Source of the DNA: Vicugna vicugna
Lineage: Eukaryota
Length of the DNA: 64,000 nucleotides
Assembly (NCBI GenBank): GCA_013265495.1
Contig: MU058584.1
Coordinates: 7,406,407 to 7,470,406 of the forward strand
Reading direction: 5' to 3'
Each line of letters opens with the position of its first letter. Position 1 is the first letter of the stretch. Below are positions 13,169-24,925 of the stretch, piece after piece. The notes below the pieces were generated by a model. That model had not been told where the DNA came from. It ran no database searches and was given only the letters and a program-made list of their open reading frames with translations. The position numbers were made by a program, and so were the translations under genes.

Positions 13169-15251
13169 GCAGGGATTTGATTCTACAAGATGCACCATTT
13201 CACCTCATTCTGAAACTTTGAATGACTGGGGTGTAACTGCCACTGAAAGATTATTTTAGTTGCTCATGTTACCTCCAAATGTAATGTCTTGCACTGAGAC
13301 TCAGAGGTAAAAGTTCTTTCCATCTGTATGCTGAGTTGGAGTACGTTTCATTGTGACATAGGATAATTATGATGAAGAAGAAATGTTCATTTCAAAATCA
13401 CTTCCAAGGGTTGTGGTGGTTTTTGGTGCTTTTAAAAATTAAAAAAATATGGTTATAGCTACAAATTTTAAAGTTGGCAGAAATGCGGTTTCCATCAAGG
13501 AAGAAAAGTCAAGCCATATTTGAAGACAATTATGTAAGTATTTTTAAGTTCTGAAGACAGAAAATTGAAGTCTGGAATTGAGGAAAAATAAGCATTTGTT
13601 TCATGAGATTTTTTAGAGTTTTGCCAAAAGAGGAGCACCACCCCTCAGATTTATAGGACGGTGATGTACAGAGTATTTTATACATGTATTTTTTTCAACC
13701 AGCATGACCTTTTGTTCTAAAAATCACCCAAAAAAAGAAAACAAATTGCTAAAATTAGATTAATGAAATGTTAAGTCTCAGAGTAGTGTTCAAAACATCT
13801 CAAAATTCTTATTTCTGCTATAGAATTTATTCAGCCATGTTGACTATGTGGAACATTTTAAATTTTTCCATCTCCCAGCTATTTGCTAAACATGGACCGT
13901 AAAATATGTACCATGTGTAACGTGTCCAAGTAGGCTCTGCTGTAGGCTTGCTTTGGAATTTCCTGATTTCTGAAAGCTTGATCTTTCAATGGTAATACAG
14001 TTTCTGAACCTAAAAGTTTGGTATTCTAGAAGGAAATGTCAACTTTCCTTTGACTTAAGTACTTTAATTTGTCATTCTTCCCTGCTGGGGAAAAAAAAAC
14101 AGCCCTACATTCTGTTTTTCTTAGCACAACTTAACTAGTTTTTGTTATTTAAGAAAATGAGCTAGTACAGTCATTCCTTCATTCACTTCCCCTCTTTCTC
14201 AGTAATCCTGCTGTTTGAATAGAAAGGCAAGTTTGTAAGCTGAATGCCTTGGGAACTTAACATTCAGATTCTTGTGCTCCTCTCCACTTGTTCTCTGGGC
14301 ACAATTTGCCTTCCGAGTTACTAAGATTTATGCAGTCCAGTGGTTTAAGAGAAAAATGGGTTCCAGATACAGACCATTGGAGTAATATCTCTATGCCACA
14401 AGCATCAGAGCAAGGTCTATTTTTCAGTCTGCTGAGTGGGTCTCCAACACCTGTTTTCTCACAGCTGAAGTGATACAGTGTGCAGATTTCAGTTCTTGTT
14501 ATCTGAGCACCATGAAAATTCCATGGGTCGTAACCTTTATTATATCTCTTTCCTGATTCTCTGGAATGCCTCTATTATCGTGTTACTGAAGGCAGTGTAT
14601 ATGAACCTTAGTACCAAATTCCAGAACAGTCTTGGTTTTTCCCTCTACGTTCTTCTTTATGTGTCCCTAATACATAATCATATTCCATTATAATAGTGTT
14701 TCTAGCTCTTACATGAGAGTGTTCTCTCTCTTGTGGAATTAAAACTTAGGTATTAGCTTATAACAAAATTCTCCTTTTAACTCATTTGCAGATTTCGGAG
14801 TTAAATGCTTGATTGCTTCCTGGGACTGTTAACAGGTAGAAATATAGGACTGAGCAACTTGCAAGGACATCCTTAGTATCACCTTTTAAATCACATATAT
14901 TATAATGTTTCAATCAACCATTTTAAAAATAAGTAGATTTCCACTTTTCTCTTTCATTCTCAAATCTGTTATTTTGAACTTTATTCTTAAAATGAATCTT
15001 GAGAGATGAGTCATCTTTCTTTAATAGCTCCCAAGTTTTGGAGGGTTTCCTTGCATAACACTTAGCCTGAGATCTCACTAGAGATCCTGCAAGGGGATGC
15101 GACATCATGTAGTTTTCTTCTCCCTTTGGCTTCAGTCTGATTGGATGGAGCCAAGCCTACATGTGATAAGTTGCGCTCTTGGGACTCTCAGCAAGTGTTT
15201 ATAATCTTCCTGGGGTAACAGAACATTCTAAAAGCATTTCTTTACTCCAGA

Positions 15252-15462
15252 GCAGTGCTGCCTAATAGAACTTTCTGAGATGATGGAAATATTTTATACC
15301 CTGTGCTGTCCAATACAGTAGCCACCAGCTACATGTGACTATTGAGTAACCAAAATGTGGCTAGTAAATCAGAAGAAATGAAAATTAAATTAAATTTTAA
15401 TTAATTAAAAAATTAGTTTAAATGGTCACATCTGGCTACCAGCTACTGTACTGGACAGCACA
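15252..15462. mobile_element. MER3-like hAT-Charlie DNA transposon
   Basis: aatagaactttctgagatgatggaaat; internal ctgtgctgtccaatacagtagc and its inverted copy gctactgtactggacagcacag. Confidence 0.8.
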
Positions 15463-15989
15463 GTTCTGGAATATGGTGAATCCAGCTGATTGCTCTGGGT
15501 GCTTCATGACTGGGCCATACTTTACTGACAGCTTGGTGTTGACCTACAGTGGTGGCCACGAGAAGAGAAAAAGGAAGAAACTCTTAGCTGCTGCTAAACA
15601 AACCTCAGAGCTCAGGAGTATACACTCCACTTGTTAAATGCTCTGTCCCAGAAGTACGAAGGATGGACTTGTCCCTCCCACTGCCTTAGTCTGTATGTTG
15701 CCATTTTGCTAGTGATTTCTCCATTATGGTTACAACTGACGTTTCTTTTAATTCCAAATGTCCTCTACAAACTAAGCCTAACGGCAAAGGGAGAGAGAGG
15801 TACACCCTGACACTGGCCGTGGACTCTGTATCTCTGAGGGACTCCGTTTCCTTGATTCTTTGAGCTGCCTTTGGGTTGACTTCAACTTGGTACTCCTCTT
15901 TCTTCTTTCTCACTTTTCGGCCCACTGCTGCTTTGTTTCCACCACACTACTTTATTAGGAGACTGCTTTTGGCCAGGACCGAGCAGTTA

Positions 15990-16809
15990 ATCCCGTGGAC
16001 AATTCTGAGTCCTTCATTTGACACCATTAACCACTCCCTGTTGAAGAGATGTATCCCTTTTCTTCAGTGACTCTCCACTGTCTCCCGGCTTTTCTCTTTC
16101 TGTTCTAGCCACTCCTTCTCAGTCATATTTTGGAGCTCTTTATCCTCTCATCATGGCATAAAAACTGGTTTTTATCAGTATTCCTCCATCGACCCTCTTT
16201 TTTTTTTTTCCTCTCTCATTCCCTGCATTGTCACCCACTGCAATGGTTTCAGTTATCAGCTTTGTCTGACGACTCTAGATCTCCATTTCAGAACTTTCCC
16301 CTGGACTGTGTACCATGTTCAGCGACACACTGGGCATCTCTACTTGTATATCCTAGGGCAGCCTCACCCAGTATTCCCAGGTTCAACTCCTCATCTCATT
16401 TTACCATTTATGCCTCCTCCATTGTTCCCACTCCCTGTCCACTCTCTGTGCTCAAACCAGAAACCTGAGTGTCATTCTTTTCTTTACTCCTTGTTCCCTC
16501 ATTTTTGTTTCCCTCCATCTTTACCAGGTCCATCTGATTCGACCTTTATAATATACCTTGAATTTGTCTCTTTCCATTGTCATTGTTATTACTGAAGTTA
16601 GTCCCCCCTTGGTTGGGAAGAGAGCAGTCTCCTTGCCTTCTGTCATGTTCTTCTCATTCCTTCTGGGTTTCCTGTTACTTTCAGAATAAAGTCTAAACTC
16701 ATTCACATGGTTTCCAAGGCCCTGTAGAATCGGTCTTTTGCTTACCTCTTTATAGTCTGTTTGCTTGTTACTGTTCCTTTCCATCCCACCCCCTAACTCT
16801 GCTGCATCT
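15990..16809 (+). mobile_element. L2 fragment
   Basis: catttgacaccattaaccactcc, ctcaaaccagaaacctgagtgtcattct, cagaataaagtctaaactc. Confidence 0.7.
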
Positions 16810-17336
16810 AGACTGGCCACTTTGTTTGTTTGTTTTTAGAGGTTCCTGAATACTTCATAGTCTGTGAGCAAAGAGGCCTATGTATAAAGCAAACTGATTC
16901 TTCTGAAACCACTCAGTAAAAAAAAAATTCTGCCCCAAAGTACAGATAGCTGTGGAGCTTACCCACAAACTACAGAATGTTAAAGGGTAGAGAGAATAAT
17001 TTAAATACTGATTCTTCCTCTAACTTTAAAAACACTGTATTTCTGAACTACTCCCAACATCTGATGAAGGACCAAAAAGTAGAGATCTAGTTCACCACTC
17101 AGCACAGGTAGGGTCTTCCCGTCATTAAAACTCTGGCATCGGCTCAGAAATCCCTGACCCTGGAAGGTGCAAAAATGCTGGCCCCCTCCACACTATGTTT
17201 AAGGTACATTTCTACAGAAACAAACCCGATTTCAATCTCTAACTCCACCACCTTCTTTGGGAACAGGAAACCTCTGTGTTCTCATCCATAAATGAAGATA
17301 TTAGCACTTCCCTTGTCAGGCCAGACTGGCCACTTT
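16810..17336 (-). mobile_element. TSD-flanked orphan retro-insertion of non-TE sequence inside an L2
   Basis: Exact 14-bp direct repeat agactggccacttt at 16810-16823 and 17323-17336; (gttt)n/T tract at the left end; L2-like sequence resumes after the second repeat. Confidence 0.65.
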
Positions 17337-19113
17337 TGGATTCCCAAATGTACCATACTCCTGCCCCAGCACATGTCTGTGGCACATTTCTTCAAATGAT
17401 ATAAATTTCCTATTGCAGATAAACATTAAGAACCTGGTTACAAATTACCCTGGCATCAAAATACAGTTTCATAAATGTTTCTTAAGAAACCACCATAAAC
17501 ACTGCTAGGTATTGTCAGTGCTGAAAGAGGTAGAGATACCAAGATTAATGCAATACACCATCTGCCATCAAGGAGCGGACATCGCGGGAGGGGAGTTAGA
17601 GACCTGCCTGTAACACAAGCCTGCTCACAGAATACAGGCACAGACCAAGAGCTTTGGGAGTTCAGGGGAAGGAGAGATAACAGGAGGTTTCTAAGAAGGC
17701 ATAATCCAGAATCGTACTTGCTTTGACTTTGAAGGCTGGGCAGGGCTCCAGCAGTCAGAGGGAGGGCGTCTAGGCTGGCTGCTTCCTGTCTTCCCTGCTT
17801 CAGAGTCAATACTTACCGCCTGTTTCAGGGAGGTAATTTTTAATAAAGGACTGCTTTGATCAGGCCATTTTCTGGCTCAGAAACTTTGAATACTTTCTCC
17901 TGTCTTCAGTGTAATGACCAAATTCTCCATAATTGGCCCTAACATAGAGTTATTGTACTAGGTGGCTTTTAAGGTCTCTTATAAACCTGAGTCTATGATC
18001 GTATAATCTTTGCCATAACAGTTTTCTTTTCCACAACTTCCCTACACACCCCATCTCTCTACCTCCTGGCTTTGCTAATACTACTCTGTTCTCTTGGAAT
18101 GCAGTTGATTTTCTTCCTCTATTAAAATTTTACTTCCAAGTTTTCTATGAAAATCTCAGATCTAATCAAACAAAAATGATCTTTCTCATCTCTGAACATT
18201 CAGAGCAATTACTTTGCATAGGATTTATCTGATAAATGTCACATAGCATCCCTTGGCACATCCTCTGTTATTAGAATCTTTTATTGCAGGTGCATGAATA
18301 AGGATAGAAACGAATGTCCAAAAAATTTTTCGAGCCAAGAGGTACCATGGACTCTTTTTCTGTGAATGTCTTCAGTGTGCTCCTGTTTTCGTAAAAACCT
18401 CTTATTCTATACATTTAAAATAGCTATGTCTCAGAGCATTAAACTAATTAACCTAATTTGGTTTTATGTGTTTTAATGTTCTGGCAAAGCCTTCCACAGT
18501 GACTTGTGTGTAGTGGGAATTTATATGGTTAATAACAAACATACACACATAATAAGATACGGGATAATTATATCCCACATTTGAAACAGACGCACTTTTT
18601 TGAGCTTTCTGTTATATCCTGGCATATTTATTCTCATAGAGCTTCACCTTCGTTACTTGTGTTTTGTGTTTGTCCCTCCCTGCCCAAACTAACTACACTG
18701 TAGACTCTGATTAGCAGCTCCATACCATATTCATGTTTGATCTTCCACAAAATGACTTGTAAATAGTTGGTGCTCTAAAAATGTCGACTTATGTCAGATT
18801 AGAACACTGTATACAGGTGTGTTTTACAATATTACAGAGATAACCAGTTAAAGACCTATCATTGAGACTGTGTCCAACGGCTGAAATTAACTTGCAAGTC
18901 CTTTCAGGGTTTTCTGTGAACACATTTTAAAATAAGTATTTTGAAATGCTTTCAGTTTAGTTATTTCTGCTTTCCTAAGAATTATGATAAAGGGTGTTTT
19001 CTAACTAGGCAGCTTATTTTTTTTTATTATGTTAACTATGCAGTAACTTCAGGTACTTAATTGCATCATTAGCAGCAATATCTTTGGATTTATGGGGCCA
19101 GACTGCCCCAGTT

Positions 19114-19163
19114 TTTACTTTTCACCTTAAAAATAAAAAGATTAATTTAAGGTGAAAAGTAAA
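19114..19163. repeat. Perfect 18-bp inverted repeat with 14-nt spacer
   Basis: tttacttttcaccttaaa (19114-19131) and tttaaggtgaaaagtaaa (19146-19163) are exact reverse complements. Confidence 0.9.
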
Positions 19164-19425
19164 GGTAATTTAATATTTGTTCTAACACTAATATTTGAGA
19201 TTGGCTTATAAAAAAATCTATTTTCCCCTGCATATTCTTATAAGCGGTGAATCATAAATATGCATTATTTAATAGATGAAAACTCTATATCAGTGGAAAG
19301 TCTCCTCACCTAGTGGATTTTATAAGCTTCTGAGTTACTTTGCATCCTGAGGAATCTTGGATCTAAAAGGAACCTAAGAAATAGCTAGTACAGTCTCCCA
19401 CTTTGTCTCTGTTCCTCTATCTCTT

Positions 19426-19428
<3 letters not shown>

Positions 19429-19466
<38 letters not shown>
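19429..19466. repeat. (AC)19 microsatellite
   Basis: Perfect dinucleotide run. Confidence 0.95.
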
Positions 19467-19468
<2 letters not shown>

Positions 19469-20704
19469 TACAGCCAAGAAAGCCAAGAGACTGAGGTCTG
19501 TTTAGGTTGTATTCTTTGCCTACGGTGGTACAAGCAGACATCACTAATCTCTGTGATTTTTGCTGTATATATATGATTTTAAGGGGACCTATACATAATT
19601 CGAGGTTCCCCAATAATTCACATACTCCAAAGTAAACACCTGTAGGTCTGCACAATTTGAAGTTAGCACTACAAGTCAGTGATTTATCTTACCATAGTTC
19701 CTCTTAAAATCTCCAAAACGCAAGTATGATGCTTGGGAGAGATGACTCTACCCATGAAGAAGGCATAATCACGTTATAATAGTAGTTTTCCCATTTCTTC
19801 CTAGAAGAGTGGAAAGCCTGGAAGGCTCTGGGAGGGAAAGCATGGGAAGATCTGCAGCTGCAGGAAGAGTAGTACTTGGGACACGTTCTGTGCATTGGGG
19901 CCTGGTGGGCAGCCAGAGGGCAGTGTGGGCGCATCGGACCCCTGGCCGCAGACAGACACAAACTTCACCTCATTCACAAGCTCACCACAAAAGCCTGAAT
20001 AATGTAGATTTGAACTATGTAGAGAAATGTTGGAGAGAGATGAATTTCATGGTGATTAAGGGAATTAAGTATTTAACTGAAAACTAGAAGAATAACAAGA
20101 AGAAATGAGGAAAGGAGAAGGAAGCTAAACTCTGAAACTAGCAAACTGAAGAAGAAAGATACACACAGAATATCTTTAGTAATCAAATACAGTGTGACCT
20201 TTCAGGGACCACCCCTTTCCCACCATCAGTTGAGTGTAGTATATGGCTTTTTACGAGTTTGAGTAAAGGGAAGCAGCTAAAATACATCACAAAAGATTAT
20301 GCAAGCTTGCTGTTTTGAACAACTGTTCTAAGTGTGGTGCTGATTTCTGATGTGTTACTGAATACTCTTAATATCCCACCACTTTAAGCAGTTGATTGAT
20401 GACTTTAATCTCTTTTCTTCTGTTATAGACTATTCCATTGATCTCCAAAACAGCTTCTATAAACTATTAAATGACCAGTTAGAGGGTTTTGGTATTGCTG
20501 GTCTTCTCAGAACAACCAAAATGAGTTGTGTTTTCTTACAGTGATATGTTTATTCAGGGACTCGGCAAAAGAAAGCCTTTGTTCTTTTGAGAACCTGAGT
20601 AACATAGTGCCTAATTGTGAGAGCTCTGGGGCTGAATTGTTGGGATCACTGCTGGCTCTTATTCCCTCTATGCTCATGTTTTAATGGTATCAGCCTCGTT
20701 AGAT

Positions 20705-21820
20705 TTCTCATTCAACAGATGCTTGTTGAAGCCAACTACACGCCAGATAGTTTCTAGGCATTGGGGATATAGCAGTGAATGAAAGAGGCAGAAACCCCTG
20801 CTCACAAGGAGCTTTCATTCTAATGGAGGGAGACAGACAGTAAACACAAAAAACTCAGTCAGCAGTACAGTATGTTTGAAGGTGGGAGATGAGAGAGGAA
20901 AATAGAACAGTATAAGGGGGACGAGAAGCCTGGAGGGAGGGAGGGAGAGATTCAGTTTTGAATAGGTTGGTGATGGACTCACTGAGAAAGTAAATTTGAA
21001 TGCAGACTTGAAGGAGGTGATGTCAGGAGCTGTGCAGGTGTATGGGAGAAGTGTATTTCAGACTGATGGAGCAGCTAGTGTAAAGACTCTGAGATGGGAG
21101 TGTGCCTCGTGGGCTCCGAAAAAAAAGAGAGAGATTGGTATGGCTGGACCCCTCTAATGAGTGAGGTGGAGAGGAGGAGGAGATGAGTCAAAGAGGAAGA
21201 GAGAGGGGATCAGGGGCCTTGTGGACCATTGTAAGAATTTTGACCTTTACCCTGAGTTTAATTGTGTTGCATAGCAGTAGAGGGTTTTGAGCAGAAGAGT
21301 GACAGGATTCCCCTTTTAAAGGGATCACTCTGACTCCTGTGTGGAGGAAAGATGGTAAGAAGACAAGTGTGTAAGCGGAGACCAAAGAGTGAGTGATGGC
21401 AACCCTGCAAGTGAGAGATAATGGTGGCTTGGACCAAGGTGGTAGCAATGGAAGTGGTAAAAAGATTAAATTTTAAATACATTTTGAGAAATAGAGTCAA
21501 TAGCATTTGCTGATGATTGGATGTGGAGGAGGTGAGAGAAAGAGGTACCAAGGATTTTGGCTTCAGCACTTAGAAATATGGAATTGTCACTAATTAAGGA
21601 GGAGAGAATGTGGGTGGAACAGGATTTGGGGAGGACAACCTGAATTCAGTTTTGGCAGATGAAGTTTGAGATGACCATTAGACATCTAAGTGGAAATACG
21701 GAGTTGTTGAAAACATATGAATCCAGAGTTGGAGAGATAGGTCCAAGCTAGAGATGCACCATGGGAGTTGTCAGGATATAGTGAAATTCAAAGCAATGAG
21801 ATGAGGTGATATCACAAAGA
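20705..21820 (-). mobile_element. L2 (L2a-like) 3' portion
   Basis: Starts cattcaacagatgcttgttga (reverse complement of the L2 tail); ggtggcttggaccaaggtggtagcaatgga; gtttgagatgaccattagacatc. Confidence 0.85.
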
Positions 21821-22005
21821 GTTTGGAATCTGGAGTTGGACTGCTTGGTCCCAGCACTTGTTAGCTCAGTAACTTTGGGAAGGCACTTAGCTTCCATCTG
21901 TAAAATGAAAAGACTAAAAGTAACTACTTCACAGGGTTAAAGTTTAAATAAAACTGCTAATATCAGTAAAGAACTTAGAACATGGCATATACTCAAAAAG
22001 CGTTA
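21820..22005 (+). mobile_element. MIR SINE
   Basis: tctggagttggactgc...catctgtaaaatg. Confidence 0.6.
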
Positions 22006-22300
22006 ACTCTCCATTTTTAGCAGAACCATTCTCTGAACCCATGGAGACATCACAAATACTTGCATTGATTCATTTTTTTCCATTGTGTTTTATTTTTGGT
22101 TTGTGATTATTCATTGGTTCTAGAAGTTCCAATGAGTTGGTTTTGCTTTCAGAGTTAAACTGACCTGGATTTTTGATATTAGCTCTACCTCAGTTGTTGG
22201 TATATTTCTAATGCCTGTATTTATTTTAGTATCTGTTAACTTGCTCAGAAAAAAAAATCTTACGAGTTTCTTCAGTGCTGCTCTCCTTTGCTTTTCTCAG

Positions 22301-22352
22301 CGCTCAGCAGAGGAGCAGTCAGGTTCACAAGAAAAACACAATTGGAAATCAG
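22301..22352 (+). CDS. DNM3: DNM3 coding exon (~exon 13), 52 nt, (N)AQQRSSQVHKKNTIGNQ, stalk-PH linker
   Basis: Acceptor ctttgcttttctcag| and donor CAG|gtagga; phase 2/0 completes the AA|C codon from the previous exon. Confidence 0.95.
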
Positions 22353-22376
22353 GTAGGAATTGTTTAAGAGAATCAG

Positions 22377-22386
22377 TGCATGCATG
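22377..22386 (+). promoter_or_regulatory. Two overlapping RBFOX (UGCAUG) intronic splicing elements
   Basis: TGCATGCATG ~25 nt downstream of the exon 22301-22352 donor; a third TGCATG at 22691-22696. Confidence 0.55.
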
Positions 22387-23168
22387 CCCCAAAGAATTTG
22401 AACTAAATTGCTTGATTGACTATTTTTTTAAATGCAAATTAATCATGTGCAAATTTTGCTAGAAATGCAGCTTTTTGTTTTTGCTTTTAAATTTTTGAAG
22501 TGAATGGCTTTTTTTTTTGCTATTTTATATGCAGTTAACCCTATTGATTTACTTTAAATAACTTTTCTGCTATTTGCTCTGCTTTCCAAATTTGACTCCT
22601 TGTGTCCTACCTTGCTTGCTTACATTACCCTTAAATTTGATTTAACATTGAATCTGTGAGTCAGTTTAAGGTTAAAATCTGGTGAGTAGTTGCATGAGCT
22701 TTCTGGTGCTGCTGACTAGTTCACACATTTGCACAGCTTGGTAACAGTGAAGGGACAGCTCATAAAGAAGGCAGTTGTTGGATTTAAGATTTGATCTCTG
22801 CCTCACCAAATCCTGTGGGTTAATGAAGACATTAATTCCTGAGATGATCTGATCTTCTGAGTTTTTGTGTTTTGGGCTGACCAGCTGTCTCTGACTAATA
22901 GCGCTCTGCAGAGATTGCATTAACTCTGACAGTTTGCTGTTTCTTTTATGTTTTATGTGATAATGAATATTTGCATTGTTATTTCTTTTCAAGTCAAAAC
23001 AATGATGATTTTATAGTTTTTTTTTAATTCAGAGGTACAACTATTGAACAAATTGAAACCTCTGCCCTAGAATTTTTTCCATTGTTTTGAAAGGAGAAGA
23101 GGTAATAACAGACTTTATTTTAAAAACTTTTTTTCTGAACTAAAGCATATAATTCTTTGCTATTTCAG

Positions 23169-23198
23169 GGAACCAATCTTCCGCCTTCAAGGCAAATT
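23169..23198 (+). CDS. DNM3: DNM3 alternative 30-nt microexon encoding GTNLPPSRQI
   Basis: Acceptor ttctttgctatttcag| and weak donor ATT|gtacga; frame-preserving; matches the known 10-aa DNM3 insert before the PH domain. Confidence 0.9.
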
Positions 23199-23974
23199 GT
23201 ACGAGCTAAGTTCTGTAAGCTTTACTGTTGCTTTTTCATTTAGCTTCCCAAGGGCACAGTTTGTCTTTAACTGATTAACTCAACTAGCGCTTGCTACTAA
23301 TTTTTTTTAAACTTAGATTGTCTTGTTCATAACACCCTATCATTGAAATAAAAATCCTCTCAAGAGGGTTCATCCCTTCACTGCTAATAACTTGCTGTGA
23401 TTGAAAGGTATGAACTAGTAAATTCTAAAATGCTATAATAATAAACCTTTAACACTGTGGGTGCTTTGATATTTCTCTAATTTTAATGGGCCTTAAAATC
23501 ATTAAAATCATTAATGATCTTCATCTCTGTCCTTTTATGCTATGTTGTTGTAAGTTGTAAGCCTTTCTCTTCCCCTTGTATGATAATATCTCCAGTAAAT
23601 GTAGATGACACTTCTAAAAGGTGGGTGAATGTGAAACATCTGCTTTTGATATATCATATCTGTTGATAAGCCTACCCAATCCCAATTATTTGTACTTATT
23701 AAAAAATAAAAAAACCAAAATTATATTGATTGACATTTTATATGGCTTTTGAGTTGAAGCTTTTAAAACCAGATGCTATATCTTCACTTAATGGATGGAA
23801 GTGCAAAGATACTGTCAAATTACTAGCATAGGCATTTCAAAAATCAGTTTTACTCATTTCTACCATGGTTGAAGCAAGTGGCCTTAAAGTCCTTCTTCTA
23901 ACTAAGCACAAGTTAAGAATGAGATTGGAAGATGGGTCAGTTATTTCCCTCAAGATGTTTTAGAAGAAACAAAT

Positions 23975-24150
23975 TTTGAAGCTAGATGTTCCTGGGTTCA
24001 AATTCTCCTCTGTCACTTAGTAGCCATGTGGCCTTGGACACACTGAACCTGAGTATGCTCAGTTGTATGATGGGAAGAACAGAAAATGTCTCTGCAGGGT
24101 GATTGTGAGAATCAGAAATAATCTACATAATGAGGTTTGCAGCTGGGTAC
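23975..24150 (+). mobile_element. MIR SINE
   Basis: cctgggttcaaattctcctctgtcacttagtagccatgtggccttgg. Confidence 0.65.
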
Positions 24151-24625
24151 TGGATATGTGCCCCGTAAAGAGTAGAAACCTTGCTCCCAGCAGGTAGGTG
24201 CTGCTTCTTGAAACTTTGAGGAGAAAAAATAAGAAGTATAAGAAAATTATGAAAGTTGTAAAATGAGAACAGTGGAACATTTGGGAAAATCAGAAGCTAT
24301 GGCAAATTATTCTGAAGGTTACAATGCCCAGATTAAGGTTGAATGTGGTGTTATGGATTTATCTATAAAACTTTCCTCATGGTCAGAAGCTCTAGCTCAT
24401 AGAAGTGTATACTTATTGGAGAAGCAATGATATAGTGGCATAAATGCATGCTTTAAATCAGATATGAAAGGAAACTTGGAACATTTCAATTATATTACTT
24501 CCAAATGCTAAAATCATGCTAATTGTGTTTCTATGTCTTTACTTTCACTGAGTACTTCAAAGCCCATGCATTATAGAAGTTTTATAACTCAAGATAATAG
24601 AATTGGGGTGAGTGTTATAATGGAA

Positions 24626-24925
24626 TACAGATCCCTTATCTAAAACCCCTGGAGCCAGATGTGTCTTAAAGTTTAGAACTTTCTGGATTTTGGAAAACCA
24701 CTGCATATATCATATATTACCTAATACTTCTTTAGGGTCAGAAGAGCACCCTATAATTAAACACTTTGTATTTCTACAGTGAAACAAATGAATAGTCACA
24801 CTAAGTAGGTTAAATGAAAGACATAAATCTTTTCACTTCATATCAGGTTTTGCTGTCAAATTTGTTGTCACTGTTGTTGTTTTAACCTTTTTCTTTGCAA
24901 GTAAGAGGTTATGAACCTGAATATC
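24626..24925. mobile_element. Tigger-family (TcMar) MITE remnant
   Basis: atcccttatctaaaacccctggagccagatgtgt...ggattttggaaa; subfamily uncertain. Confidence 0.5.

Noticed and set aside
22211..22462. 83-aa ORF over a DNM3 exon
   Set aside because: Overlaps the exon in the wrong frame.
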